A stretch of DNA of 31,751 bases from a virus (lineage: Duplodnaviria > Caudoviricetes). Below, piece after piece: positions 7,078 through 17,489 of this stretch (its first letter is position 1; each line of letters begins with the position of its first letter). The position numbers and the translations under genes were made by a program. Below the pieces are notes generated by a model that saw nothing but the letters and a program-made list of their open reading frames with translations, was not told the origin of the DNA and searched no databases. The DNA lies in IMG/VR virus record IMGVR_UViG_3300026258_000262, positions 1 through 31,751 of that record, one strand, 5' to 3'.

Positions 7078-7925
7078 GTAGTAGGGTTTTCCTCATTTTT
7101 TTGCTCCTCTTGAGGTTGAGGAGGAACAGAGTTTGGAGTTGCTCTGCCCAAGTATGGATCATAGTCCATCCATCGCTTAATGTCAACCGTGGCACCAGAT
7201 TGACTCCAGTAATTCCAGAGTGCATTATGTGGACCCCGATGAAACACATTAGTATGTTCAGGGTGAATGGTTGACTGAAAGTCAAGATTGTAAAGAAAGA
7301 TAGGAATAGAATAAGTCTTTCCACTCTCAAGGATAGTATCCTCGGATACTGCCCTTGGCTTTACATTATTATCCAACTTCCATTTATCACCACGCATATG
7401 ATTACGAAGAACCTTTCCTGCGTGATGACGTGTAATTAGATAGACCGCAGCGGAGAAGTCATTTACAAACTTCAGATGTAGTCTGACATAAATGTCTCCT
7501 GTTGTAATTGTAGTCAACTGGAGACAATCCCAGTCATACGGAACATAAGAGAAAAACTCCTTCCAGGTAAAGTTCCAGAACCTAGCAACCTCAAGCACTG
7601 CATCATCTTCCATGATCATGCAATACTCATCATCAGTCTCCTCATAAAAGTGTTTGATTGCTTTGAGATGTGACATACAACAACCAACTTCTTGCTGGTT
7701 CATCATGTCAGGAAATTTTCCCTTCATATGTGAAGTGACATCATCCTCTCTTCCATCATACCCAGAGATACGAGTATGATTTTCAATCTCCCAATAATTA
7801 AACTGCCTTTCCATATACTCACGTCTTTCGACATCAGCATCAAGATTTAACCAGTAGATATGTGGAAGTCCTTGTAGTTTAAACGCTGCCTTATTTTTGT
7901 CAAGCAGCAATTCTTGTCCAGCCAT
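7074..7925 (-). CDS. Glycosyltransferase family 25
   Basis: IYWLNLD..ERREYM, ISGYDG, EVGCCMSH, IMEDDA, AVYLIT. Confidence 0.85.
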   Translation of the reverse strand: MAGQELLLDKNKAAFKLQGLPHIYWLNLDADVERREYMERQFNYWEIENHTRISGYDGREDDVTSHMKGKFPDMMNQQEVGCCMSHLKAIKHFYEETDDEYCMIMEDDAVLEVARFWNFTWKEFFSYVPYDWDCLQLTTITTGDIYVRLHLKFVNDFSAAVYLITRHHAGKVLRNHMRGDKWKLDNNVKPRAVSEDTILESGKTYSIPIFLYNLDFQSTIHPEHTNVFHRGPHNALWNYWSQSGATVDIKRWMDYDPYLGRATPNSVPPQPQEEQKNEENPTT

Positions 7926-8712
7926 CGGGAATTAAATCAGAAGTATCGTGGTCTTTAGTATATCCAGTTCCAAACCACTGGACGGGTGCGATAACTTTCT
8001 TATCCTTGCTTGTAGAAAGCCATGCTCCCCACCAAGAGAAAGTTGAGTTTGCAATAATAAAATCAGAACAGAGACTCATTAAGCAGAGGTCCATTCTATT
8101 GTCATCATTCTCAGAAATCATAAAACGATCACTAGAGAATAGTTCCTGTTCTTTACACCATGTAGGATCATCTGAGAATACAACCACTTGTCTATCATCA
8201 TCAAAGTGCTTCAGTGCCTTCTCATAATAACTAAGAGGACATGGAGGATGATTAGCACTATTAGAGATGTAGTCTGTGCGGCGGACATGAAGAGCAATTG
8301 GAAGATCCAATTGCCACATTAGTTCCTGACAAGGTGTAAGAATTTCTTCCTTAAAGGTAAAGTCCTCACGAATTTCACCTTTAATATTACGAAAATATTT
8401 TTCAGTATTAAAAAATCCTTGCAAACTTATGTTATCAGGACACCTATGAAATAGCTCATCATCATAATGAAAGTGTCTCTCATGAACAACAGGAGATTTC
8501 CCACCGTTCAATAATCCAATGTTTGTATTCAAATCAAAGGAATCAAACAACTCCGTGCGGAGCATATTTCCAATACCATCATCTACCGCATCTTTGTGAT
8601 AAGGAATGGTAATATCTGTTCCAATGTTTTTTGCTATTCCTTTTAGAGCAGCATATTGAAACATCTGATTACCGAGACGACCCATTCGCCCCAGAGCATT
8701 AAATCCAATCAT
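7900..8712 (-). CDS. Glycosyltransferase family 11 (alpha-1,2-fucosyltransferase-like)
   Basis: GRLGNQMFQYA, HVRRTDY, FSDD, NSTFSWWGAWL. Confidence 0.92.
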   Translation of the reverse strand: MIGFNALGRMGRLGNQMFQYAALKGIAKNIGTDITIPYHKDAVDDGIGNMLRTELFDSFDLNTNIGLLNGGKSPVVHERHFHYDDELFHRCPDNISLQGFFNTEKYFRNIKGEIREDFTFKEEILTPCQELMWQLDLPIALHVRRTDYISNSANHPPCPLSYYEKALKHFDDDRQVVVFSDDPTWCKEQELFSSDRFMISENDDNRMDLCLMSLCSDFIIANSTFSWWGAWLSTSKDKKVIAPVQWFGTGYTKDHDTSDLIPDGWTRIAA

Positions 8713-9530
8713 TTCTGTTGTGCTTTACGTATTTTCAGATAGTCCTGTTGTTCATAATACTCCTGAAGTTGTTTTTTGTCAAACTCCATCAAGGTATCAT
8801 GAAGGTTCTTGTTATTTTGGATGAAAGGATTTGAGAACCAAGAATTATCAGTTCTTGCATGTTCCATATGATATACGTGTGCATCTAATCTACACACCTT
8901 ATATCCCAATTTGATGAACCGAAAGTATCTTTCATCATCCTCATATCCATATGCAATAAATCCTTCATTTTCTAATCCACCCTCAATATATTTCTTGGTA
9001 GAGAAGAATTGACAGAATCCATACTTTGCATCGTAGACTCTAGATCTCTGTCTAAGAATAGAGAGGTCATAGTCTTGATTGATAAACTTAGATACTAATT
9101 CATCCGTGGCTAAAATTTGAAACTGCCAGTTCCCATCACCGTATGGATAGACAACATCACATTCATCGGAAAGAATTTTCTCCTCAGATGTAACGTATGA
9201 TTCTAGTGGTAAAATGATATCACAATCATAATTTACCACTACATCTGTGGTAGTCATCATGACCATATCATTCAACAGTCTTGTACGATGAAAATAATTC
9301 TCATCACTTTTCTCAAAGACATGAATCAATCTATCTGCTTTCCCACCCACACATTCACGAATTTGTGATAAGGCTCTTTCAGCAAAGACAGAGGTCTTAT
9401 CAGATTCTTTGATGATGATTTTGCAATCAGTATTATCAAGAAGGTAGATTGAACTTACAATCACGTTCCTAAGTCTGTCATCACTTTCAATCCTGAGAGG
9501 GACTATAAAAGTTGTATTGGATAAGGTCAT
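8709..9530 (-). CDS. GT-A fold glycosyltransferase (GT2/GT7 C-terminal-like)
   Basis: YDCD (DxD) and GGLENEGFIAYGYEDDE; start probably 9530 (TGATG overlap). Confidence 0.8.
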   Translation of the reverse strand: MTLSNTTFIVPLRIESDDRLRNVIVSSIYLLDNTDCKIIIKESDKTSVFAERALSQIRECVGGKADRLIHVFEKSDENYFHRTRLLNDMVMMTTTDVVVNYDCDIILPLESYVTSEEKILSDECDVVYPYGDGNWQFQILATDELVSKFINQDYDLSILRQRSRVYDAKYGFCQFFSTKKYIEGGLENEGFIAYGYEDDERYFRFIKLGYKVCRLDAHVYHMEHARTDNSWFSNPFIQNNKNLHDTLMEFDKKQLQEYYEQQDYLKIRKAQQK

Positions 9531-10387
9531 CACATTACCTTCCATCCTGTAGGAATCAAGTCATCCATATGATAGTGATCATACTGTGGACCAAACCATT
9601 TTTTTGGTGCAATTACTTGCTGATATGGATTGGTCTGCAACCAAGCACCCCACCAAGAAAATGATGAGTTAGCAATGATTGCATCAGTGCAAAGAGACAT
9701 CAAACATAGATCTGTCCAGGGTAACCTTTGTCCATCAGAGAACTCTTCAGTGCTTTCTGACATGATGAACCTATCAGGTGCAAAGAATTCTTGTTCTTTA
9801 CACCACTCAATGTGGTCTGAGAAAACTACCACGGGGATATCATCAGGGAACTCCGCAAGAGCTCTCTCATAGTAATCAAAGGTGCAGACAGGATGTGTGG
9901 TTTCAAGGTTCACGTATGCCCATGGTAGTTTAGGATCACCACGGCGAATATGTAAGAAAATTTTACGATCACCTTCAATGCTATCAATCATCTCCTTACA
10001 AGGATTGTAGATAGAATCATGAAACTGAAAGTCCTCACGAAGTTCCTTCTCTACATTTTTAAAATATTTTTCTGTCTGAAAATATCCCTCAAGATTAACA
10101 TTATCAGGACACTCATCAAACAATTCTTGATTAAAGTGAAACTCTTTCCAGATAGCCCACTGTCTATCACCAGGTATGCCATAGTGCTCCTCTGTAGCAC
10201 CTGTCATCTTAAAGGTCTCAAACATACAGTAGTTGTTCTCACAACCAAACTCATCAATACCTGATGTACCTGGAGGAGGAATGACCCAATCAAATCCACG
10301 ATTAGCAGCAATACCTCTCAGTGCTGCATATTGAAACATCTGGTTGCCAAGACGACCAGACTTACCAAGTTTATTAAAAGATAACAT
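9530..10387 (-). CDS. Glycosyltransferase family 11 (second paralog)
   Basis: GRLGNQMFQYA, HIRRGD, NSSFSWWGAWL. Confidence 0.92.
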   Translation of the reverse strand: MLSFNKLGKSGRLGNQMFQYAALRGIAANRGFDWVIPPPGTSGIDEFGCENNYCMFETFKMTGATEEHYGIPGDRQWAIWKEFHFNQELFDECPDNVNLEGYFQTEKYFKNVEKELREDFQFHDSIYNPCKEMIDSIEGDRKIFLHIRRGDPKLPWAYVNLETTHPVCTFDYYERALAEFPDDIPVVVFSDHIEWCKEQEFFAPDRFIMSESTEEFSDGQRLPWTDLCLMSLCTDAIIANSSFSWWGAWLQTNPYQQVIAPKKWFGPQYDHYHMDDLIPTGWKVM

Positions 10388-11238
10388 CAGTAACCATACT
10401 CCTTTTTCATTTCATTGAATACTTTTGCGATACCATCTTGCATGTTGGTTTTAGGTAACCACCAGTCCATGATATAATTGTTTGCTTCATTTCTCTTATC
10501 CATCTGCACACTATCTTTGGCAAGACCAGGATTAATTTTAACTGGTTTGTCAATTAAATTAAACTGTCCCATGATAATTGCTGCTACATCTTTGATTGAT
10601 GTTGCATTGAAAGATGTGATGTGCAGAGGGTCTTCTGGTTTAAATTGTGTATAGCACTCCATGATGGTCTCTAATGCCTCACAGCAGTCCTCAGCATAGA
10701 GGAACTGACGTTCTTCAGTACCATCAGTCATCATCTCAAAATCACCCTCTTCAAATCCTTTTTTGATGAAGTCAGTAATAACATGAGCCTTGTCCATATC
10801 TTTCTCAATACCATACACATTCCAGAACTTAACGGTCAGTCCTTTCAGTGACGTGGTGTAAAGTTCACCAACACGTTTCATCACACCATAAGGAGAGTAT
10901 GACATGTTGCTCATTTGAGATGATGCAAACACAAACCTCTTCTTATACTTTTCGAGATGATCAAAAACATTTGCCATCAATCTAGTATTATTGTTAATGA
11001 AGTCAAAGGTATGTTGATACTTCTTCAGGTATCGTGATCCACCTACATCAAATGCGAGGAAGAATACAAAGTCAGCTTCCTTAACACAGTGCTCTAACCA
11101 GGTGCTAGGAATAGCAGTCAAGTTATATTGTGGTCCAATATTCTTATCATACTCAATAACTTCGTGACCTTTCTTACGAAGATACTCAGTCAAGTAAGCA
11201 CCAATCTGTCCACTAGATCCCAGAATTAAAACTTTCAT
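10387..11238 (-). CDS. NAD-dependent sugar epimerase/dehydratase (extended SDR)
   Basis: GSSGQIG, FASS, YGVMK, FWNVYG, RQFLY. Confidence 0.88.
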   Translation of the reverse strand: MKVLILGSSGQIGAYLTEYLRKKGHEVIEYDKNIGPQYNLTAIPSTWLEHCVKEADFVFFLAFDVGGSRYLKKYQHTFDFINNNTRLMANVFDHLEKYKKRFVFASSQMSNMSYSPYGVMKRVGELYTTSLKGLTVKFWNVYGIEKDMDKAHVITDFIKKGFEEGDFEMMTDGTEERQFLYAEDCCEALETIMECYTQFKPEDPLHITSFNATSIKDVAAIIMGQFNLIDKPVKINPGLAKDSVQMDKRNEANNYIMDWWLPKTNMQDGIAKVFNEMKKEYGY

Positions 11239-11246
11239 ATGTCAAA

Positions 11247-11999
11247 TCAAATACCGTAAATGTGGTTTTGGCAGTAAACCTTAAAAATCCAATCGTGTTT
11301 TGAATACTCTAGATTATTGATAACCTTAGCATTATAACCCAAAGAGGTATCAGGTGAAAACATGGGGCACCCTTCTTCTGTGATCCTCTGTAGATTAGAA
11401 TAGATTGTACCATATTTATCCATAACCTCAGACCCACCCCAGGCAATGATGTCAAGAATAGCAAAATCATCTACCCCTGTTTGAATCCAATCAGGTCCAG
11501 GATTTATATTAAATGAGTGTAGTTTATTTTGATCATAATCCTCAAACTTAATAGGAGAAGGATGTTGCATCCAGAGAAGATCAGATCTCATACGAATAAC
11601 ATAGTCATACTTAAAATTATTCTCCTCCTCATACTGCTTCTTTAGATTCATCACCTGCTCAATGCCATAAAACATTGAGATTTGATTATCTTTTGGATGA
11701 GTTGCTTTCCATTTAGTTTGCCAGGTATCAGCAAACATGTCTGCAAAGTATCTTGGTTTTTCGTAAGTTATTTTCTTAGGTTTCCAGTTCTCATCAATCC
11801 AATCTTTAACACTATCATCTGGCCAAGTTCCTTGACCAACATCTGTTCTAAATTGAGAACCGACAAGATCCTCATCAAACCACATGTGTGCAAAAACATC
11901 TACATCAGGAAGACCTAGACGAAAATATTGTTTGTGGTTTTCATGACATTCTTGATAACTTCTAGGTCTTCCAGAATAGCAAAGTGCAATCTTAGTCAT
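11247..11999 (-). CDS. Hypothetical glycan-related protein (possible GT-A fold)
   Basis: IALCYSGRPR and YDYVIRMRSDL motifs, a pattern common in polysaccharide loci. Confidence 0.6.
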   Translation of the reverse strand: MTKIALCYSGRPRSYQECHENHKQYFRLGLPDVDVFAHMWFDEDLVGSQFRTDVGQGTWPDDSVKDWIDENWKPKKITYEKPRYFADMFADTWQTKWKATHPKDNQISMFYGIEQVMNLKKQYEEENNFKYDYVIRMRSDLLWMQHPSPIKFEDYDQNKLHSFNINPGPDWIQTGVDDFAILDIIAWGGSEVMDKYGTIYSNLQRITEEGCPMFSPDTSLGYNAKVINNLEYSKHDWIFKVYCQNHIYGI

Positions 12000-12444
12000 T
12001 TAGCATATAAGGATAATCTGTACAGATGCCATATGGCACCTCATTTTTAATATGAGTTTTAAAACTATCTACTAGTTCCCAGTCAAGGAGAGGGATGATT
12101 GTTGTTTGATCAAATTTTCTTTCAAGATCATGTAACCAAATTTTATCATTTGATGTATACGTATATGGATCATTTGTATGACAAAATGCTTGAAAAGTAT
12201 GACAGGTTTTTGCTGCCTCAACGTTCTTACAATGAATCCAAAGGTTTTTTTGCCTATGAAAAATCCAATTCCAAGTTATTTTATATTGTGGTTTATCATG
12301 ACCCAACCATAGTTCACCATTGTATTCTCCTACATCAACCTCTACGTCATACCCATTACCTATGGCACAATCAATATAACTGGGAGCATTTTCTCTGCTA
12401 GGAACACGTCCTCGGATATTACCTCGATGAGATATAATCTTCAT
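11992..12444 (-). CDS. GDPD/PLC-like phosphodiesterase-fold protein
   Basis: IISHRGN, EN, VEVDV, LGHD, WIHCK, GICTD. Confidence 0.75.
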   Translation of the reverse strand: MKIISHRGNIRGRVPSRENAPSYIDCAIGNGYDVEVDVGEYNGELWLGHDKPQYKITWNWIFHRQKNLWIHCKNVEAAKTCHTFQAFCHTNDPYTYTSNDKIWLHDLERKFDQTTIIPLLDWELVDSFKTHIKNEVPYGICTDYPYMLND

Positions 12445-12752
12445 ACTTCCTCAATACGTAATGATTTATCCTCAATAAACAGATCGTAAAATGGTTTGTC
12501 AGTGCGGAGTTCGTGATACTTACATCCCCAATCAGACAATTGTTGTTCTGTTAAGTTAGTCCAATCAATTTGTTTTCTACTGCCTCTTGCGGTCCAATAC
12601 ACAATTGTATTTCCTTCATCATAGAGTTTATTAATTTTATCAATATTCTCTTTAATTGGCTCTGCTTTAGTATAATCATGCGTCACACCAAAATCAGTAT
12701 TAGATTCTCGACGACAGATTGTTTCATCAATGTCAACATAAATTACTTTCAT
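12441..12752 (-). CDS. Minimal HAD-family phosphatase (capsule biosynthesis type)
   Basis: YVDIDETIC, WTARG, KP..DLFIEDK. Confidence 0.8.
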   Translation of the reverse strand: MKVIYVDIDETICRRESNTDFGVTHDYTKAEPIKENIDKINKLYDEGNTIVYWTARGSRKQIDWTNLTEQQLSDWGCKYHELRTDKPFYDLFIEDKSLRIEEV

Positions 12753-13423
12753 TGATACATTTTTCTCCTGCGTTCTTCACTGGGACACTTATCAATTTCA
12801 CTGACCTGTTCTTCTGTAAGAAAATTTGTTTGACCAAGTGTCTTAGCTCCAACAAAAATCTCAGCAGATTTTTCGCACATCATGGTTGATGCAACGCATT
12901 CTTTATCAGATGCAGATGCTACAATTATACCATGATTCTGTAGCAATATCAATTTAGGGAAATATCCTTCTTCTTCTACAAATGCAAGGATACTCTTTTT
13001 CATTTCCTCAAGTAAGGGTTTACCTGGCATGGCATAAGGAACAACACATGACTTTGCACCATTCCTTACAACTTGATCAGGAAATAATCTGTGCTCAGCA
13101 AATGACCAAATTTGCTCAGAGCATACCACTTGCATAGTTTTAAGTGGATGAGTGTGTGCTATAAATCTAACTTCATCAAATTCTCTTAATATCCATGCAT
13201 GAAATCCAGTTTCAATACTTGGTTTAGGACCAAGTGAATCGAAAGGAACGCCACTCATTTTGCAAGCAACGAGTTGGTCTTTCTCCAAAGTGTCTAGAGA
13301 AGTTCCACTTGCCTTGATATAAAAAAGAGTTTGATATTCGTCTTCTGCTTTAGCTGACACATTTCCCTCACCGCAAATTGCGTAAGGTCCAAGTGTATGT
13401 GCTAATTCTAAGAGATTAACCAT
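12749..13423 (-). CDS. Class II aldolase/adducin family protein
   Basis: EGNVS, IKASG, PSIETGFH, HTHP, LQNHG zinc ligands. Confidence 0.88.
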   Translation of the reverse strand: MVNLLELAHTLGPYAICGEGNVSAKAEDEYQTLFYIKASGTSLDTLEKDQLVACKMSGVPFDSLGPKPSIETGFHAWILREFDEVRFIAHTHPLKTMQVVCSEQIWSFAEHRLFPDQVVRNGAKSCVVPYAMPGKPLLEEMKKSILAFVEEEGYFPKLILLQNHGIIVASASDKECVASTMMCEKSAEIFVGAKTLGQTNFLTEEQVSEIDKCPSEERRRKMYQ

Positions 13424-14517
13424 TCATCTAAGATTTTGGATAGTTTATTTAGATCTACTTCCCATGGAGAATTCATTCCTCCAGAGATTGATAGTGATCC
13501 TGCACCATCAACTGTCGCTTCTTTCTTCTCAGTAAAACTGGTATGATCAAAGTGAGTTAGTTGAGTGTGTTCCATAGCATGTCTTAGTCTATCATTAACG
13601 TCAAAAAATAATGGACTGTTAATTGATAACACTTTGGTCTCTGGTGGACAAAATAAAACGTTAGCCATTCCACCACCAATTGGACCAGCAACATACTTTG
13701 CTGAATTAAAGATACCAATCTTTTCTTTCATTGTCAAGTTCTCGCAGAATACTTCTTTAAACCCATACAAACTAAAGATCTGTGCCATCTGGTCTTCATT
13801 CATACACCTACGACGTTCAGTGTAGTTCGTACCAATATTGCCGAGATTATTATGTGTCCATGTTCTACGTGAAATATAGACTCTCTCAGGTCCCTCATAT
13901 TCTCCAGTAAGTCTATTGATTATATCAAACGTGAATTTATGCGGAGGTTTCTCTGACAGACCTCCATGAGTCAAGGAAGACCCTATCAGGACATAGTTGT
14001 AAATAACATCTTGCTTTAGAAATATAACATCTTCTCTGGTTATACCAAGCAGTTCTAATGTCTCCCAAACAAAAGGATATAGATCATCTTCTCCTTCAGC
14101 AGGACTGACAAGTAACTTTAAGTCTGAGTGTATCTTCTTACCCTCAAAATATGTGTAGAGATATGGGAGGGTATCATAAATGAAATGAAAATAGTTAGCC
14201 ATATTATAGGCAAAGTAGAAGACTGGAATATCACAACATGACCATGACGAACATAACTCCATGTCATACTTCATCGTCTCCTCATATACAGTTCCTCTAC
14301 CCAAAGACATAAACCTCTCAATCGTTGGTAATCGAAGTTTCTTATCTTTGTGAGAGTACATCAAAGGCATTGGATAATGCTTAGAATATCCAGTAAATTG
14401 AACTGAGGAAAAATAAGCACATTCAAGAACTCTACCATTCTCATCTTCGGGAGAGAGTGTCTTAGTTCTTCCTTCGTTCCAAAACTCAATAGGTAAGGTA
14501 ATCTTTTCGGTAGTCAT
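13408..14517 (-). CDS. Glycosyltransferase family 61-like protein
   Basis: NYFHFIYDTLP, VYISRR, GPIGGGMANVLF. Confidence 0.75.
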   Translation of the reverse strand: MTTEKITLPIEFWNEGRTKTLSPEDENGRVLECAYFSSVQFTGYSKHYPMPLMYSHKDKKLRLPTIERFMSLGRGTVYEETMKYDMELCSSWSCCDIPVFYFAYNMANYFHFIYDTLPYLYTYFEGKKIHSDLKLLVSPAEGEDDLYPFVWETLELLGITREDVIFLKQDVIYNYVLIGSSLTHGGLSEKPPHKFTFDIINRLTGEYEGPERVYISRRTWTHNNLGNIGTNYTERRRCMNEDQMAQIFSLYGFKEVFCENLTMKEKIGIFNSAKYVAGPIGGGMANVLFCPPETKVLSINSPLFFDVNDRLRHAMEHTQLTHFDHTSFTEKKEATVDGAGSLSISGGMNSPWEVDLNKLSKILDEWLIS

Positions 14518-16051
14518 AGGGATGCCAATTTACTGCATTGAAGAAGTTTTGCCAGTAGCGATAAGTTTTCAAATCATTAGGTGTGCCCCAACAAATATAA
14601 TGATCGACTTCAAAATTCTTGACATTATATCCAAGAGCAATCGCTTCATTCAAAATACTATCGACATAAAACTCACCATTGGTTCTAATGTCTTTCTCAT
14701 AAGTTTGTTTGAGTGAGTTGAGATATACATCCTTGTTGCGGAAGAACATTGTACCAACAATGGCATATTCATCTACAGGATTATCTCCAGTAAATTTTTT
14801 AACAGAAACACCTTTAACATCATCACCATCTACATCTAACCAAGAATACATATCAGGATTGCGATATGCTGTGTAATTATTTCTATAACTCCAAACAACA
14901 ATATCATTCTCAAGATCCTCAATTAGATCTGCAAATTTATCTGAGTCATACAATACACCATTGTCACAGGCAGATAAAAGGATTGATGTGTCATCATCAA
15001 TCTCATCCATAATTTTTTCAGTAGTAAGGGCTTGACCATCAAGTACATCATCAATCCAAACAACATGATTATACTCTTCAAGAGGAAGCATACTCATATG
15101 AGATTTTAGACAGGCATAAACTGTTTTATCTGTCTTAGGTAGACAATATTCCGCCTGATCAACCATATAGTTATCATTAACGACAAGGAATGGTTTTGGA
15201 ACTGAGAATCCATCTTTTCTAAATCTATCACCAGCACCTGCCATAGGGAGAGCAGTAACACAGTTTTTAATCTTCAAAGGTTTATTACCTTCAAGCACCG
15301 CCTTATAATAATTCGACCACTGCAGATACATGTTCATGTCCAATGGGGTTCCCCATTGAAGCATCACCGGTATTTCATATACAAAGTTTGGCAACTCATC
15401 TTGAATTAATAAATTATGGACCAGGCTTACATAGTATTCTCCATTGATATTGATATCCTCATCAATCAACTGTTGAAAATACTTTTTGATATATCTTCCT
15501 TTCTTAAAATAGTATGTTCCGGTAGAAGCAAACTCTGACATTTTATCAGCAGTGAATGGTTGTTTCTCCCGGATCTCTAAGATTTCATTTCTCTCCCCAG
15601 TTTTACAGAAAGCATAGTTATCACTACCAAGCATGTGAGGATGGAATCCAGTATAACAAACCACACATCCATCACATTCAGTCTGTTCAACAAACTCCTT
15701 AAAATCACCATAATCCCAATACATTGAAAAATCACAGTAATTCACTACGACTGGTTCATCGTCATCAATATATTTGGTTGCTTGCAAAACACTATGAACA
15801 GGTCCCTTCTTATGAGAAGGAACAGTAACGATTACAGAATCAGGAGCAGCATTATTTAAAACTTTAACTACATCAGTTTCATTTTTGTGTTTGTCATTGA
15901 TAATAAAAACAAACTCACTATCTTTAGGATAAAGATCAATGATGTGCTCAATGACTTTTTTTCCGTCAATCTCAATAAGATGTTTTGGTGTTTGATATCC
16001 AGCAGTAGTAAATCTACTACTTTGACCAGACATTGGGATAATAACTTTCAT
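14486..16051 (-). CDS. Tandem two-domain sugar nucleotidyltransferase-like protein
   Basis: Two repeats: IPMSGQSSRF..PK..NGEYYV..WGTP and LPMAGAGDRF..PKP..NGEFYV..WGTP. Confidence 0.85.
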   Translation of the reverse strand: MKVIIPMSGQSSRFTTAGYQTPKHLIEIDGKKVIEHIIDLYPKDSEFVFIINDKHKNETDVVKVLNNAAPDSVIVTVPSHKKGPVHSVLQATKYIDDDEPVVVNYCDFSMYWDYGDFKEFVEQTECDGCVVCYTGFHPHMLGSDNYAFCKTGERNEILEIREKQPFTADKMSEFASTGTYYFKKGRYIKKYFQQLIDEDININGEYYVSLVHNLLIQDELPNFVYEIPVMLQWGTPLDMNMYLQWSNYYKAVLEGNKPLKIKNCVTALPMAGAGDRFRKDGFSVPKPFLVVNDNYMVDQAEYCLPKTDKTVYACLKSHMSMLPLEEYNHVVWIDDVLDGQALTTEKIMDEIDDDTSILLSACDNGVLYDSDKFADLIEDLENDIVVWSYRNNYTAYRNPDMYSWLDVDGDDVKGVSVKKFTGDNPVDEYAIVGTMFFRNKDVYLNSLKQTYEKDIRTNGEFYVDSILNEAIALGYNVKNFEVDHYICWGTPNDLKTYRYWQNFFNAVNWHPYDYRKDYLTY

Positions 16052-16052
16052 A

Positions 16053-16406
16053 TTAATCTCCTTTCTTTACTCTGTAACTGTCTTCATCGAAATGTTGTGT
16101 AGAAAATTCAAATAACTCAGATGGTTCAATAGCAATCATCTGATGCCTCAATCCTCTATGAATATGAAACTTATCTCCAGGAACTAAGACTTTATCTTTT
16201 GCACCTTCAAGACTATCGGTATTTCCATAGTATAGGAGAATTTTACCTGACTGAAGATAAAAGGTCTCATCTTTCAGTTTATGGTAATGCCAAGAACATC
16301 TTTTCCCTTCATTGAAGAATAGAAGTTTTCCACAATACTCTTTGGTGTTAACGATCCATTTTTCATATCCCCAACCTTTAGGGACATGTTTGATCTCTAA
16401 TGTCAT
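16053..16406 (-). CDS. Cupin-fold sugar isomerase-like protein
   Basis: KGWGYE, SWHYHKLKDETF, H..EFST. Confidence 0.8.
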   Translation of the reverse strand: MTLEIKHVPKGWGYEKWIVNTKEYCGKLLFFNEGKRCSWHYHKLKDETFYLQSGKILLYYGNTDSLEGAKDKVLVPGDKFHIHRGLRHQMIAIEPSELFEFSTQHFDEDSYRVKKGD

Positions 16407-16756
16407 TTCTTATCATTAAAGAATACATCATCTGGCCATGCTTTATCGTCAATAAACATGTCAGCATGTGGTTTACCCATAATTAATTCGTGGTATTTAC
16501 ATCCCCACATACTAAGTTGTGCTTTAGTTAGTGGGTATAATAATTTATGCGCGATCTCCCGTGCCTCTTCGTAGGGTTTATCACTAGACCTTCCCATCGC
16601 TCTAGCAGTAAAGTATATAATATAATTACCTTCATCATATAGATCATTAATTACAGAGATTCTCTCTTTCTTTGGAGTCGCATTTTCGTACTGACAATTT
16701 CCACATCCTTTCCCAGGAGTACAGATAGTTCCGTCAATATCAATCACATATCTCAT
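16403..16756 (-). CDS. Minimal HAD-family phosphatase
   Basis: IDIDGTIC, FTAR, GKPHADMFIDDK. Confidence 0.8.
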   Translation of the reverse strand: MRYVIDIDGTICTPGKGCGNCQYENATPKKERISVINDLYDEGNYIIYFTARAMGRSSDKPYEEAREIAHKLLYPLTKAQLSMWGCKYHELIMGKPHADMFIDDKAWPDDVFFNDKK

Positions 16757-17489
16757 TTACATCCTCCTTAGATAATACATAGGTTCCAAAGTGTGTCACA
16801 GCAATAGCTGCTGCTTTATTTGCATAAGGTATTGCTGTCTCTATTTTACCATACAAAAGATAAAAGTAAACCAAAGTAGATAGGAAAGTATCTCCTGCAC
16901 CACATACATCAAAAACACTTACTCTGACTGCTGGATAGTTCTTACCTTGATAGTCAGCACCTTTAGGTCCTTTTGTGATGATCATCTTATCTGTAGTCTT
17001 ACCGACCGCAGCATGTTCATTATCATTGATTTTAATAAACGCTTTATCAGGAGGACAAACAGGTTTTTTTGTATCAATAAAGACAGGTCCATCAAACCAC
17101 TCAACCAACTCAAATATTCTTTGGGTGGTTAGAAAACCCTTATCATAGTCTGATATGACAAGTGCATCAAATTCTTCATCTGGTATGTTGCCCCTGAAAG
17201 ATTCTATCTTATCCTCAACATCAACCCTAAGTATTTGTTGATTATATCTTTCATCAATAAACCTACGCTTGACGATCAACTCTCCTTGTGTGATAAGAGT
17301 GACCTGAATATCAAACGCCAAAAGATTTTGCTGCACGTTAAGAGCCATACCTTTCTGGGTATCAACTCTAGTTTTCTTAAGAATAGGTACAGGTGCTTCA
17401 GGATTCAACCTTTCACATACACCGTACACATATTCATCAGTGCAACTATCCCCGATCAATAATACTTTGAATTGTTTTTGTTGTTGCAT
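16740..17489 (-). CDS. PfkB-family kinase, HldE/RfaE domain I-like
   Basis: RLNPEAPVP, ISDYDKG, DVCGAGDTF. Confidence 0.88.
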   Translation of the reverse strand: MQQQKQFKVLLIGDSCTDEYVYGVCERLNPEAPVPILKKTRVDTQKGMALNVQQNLLAFDIQVTLITQGELIVKRRFIDERYNQQILRVDVEDKIESFRGNIPDEEFDALVISDYDKGFLTTQRIFELVEWFDGPVFIDTKKPVCPPDKAFIKINDNEHAAVGKTTDKMIITKGPKGADYQGKNYPAVRVSVFDVCGAGDTFLSTLVYFYLLYGKIETAIPYANKAAAIAVTHFGTYVLSKEDVNEICD

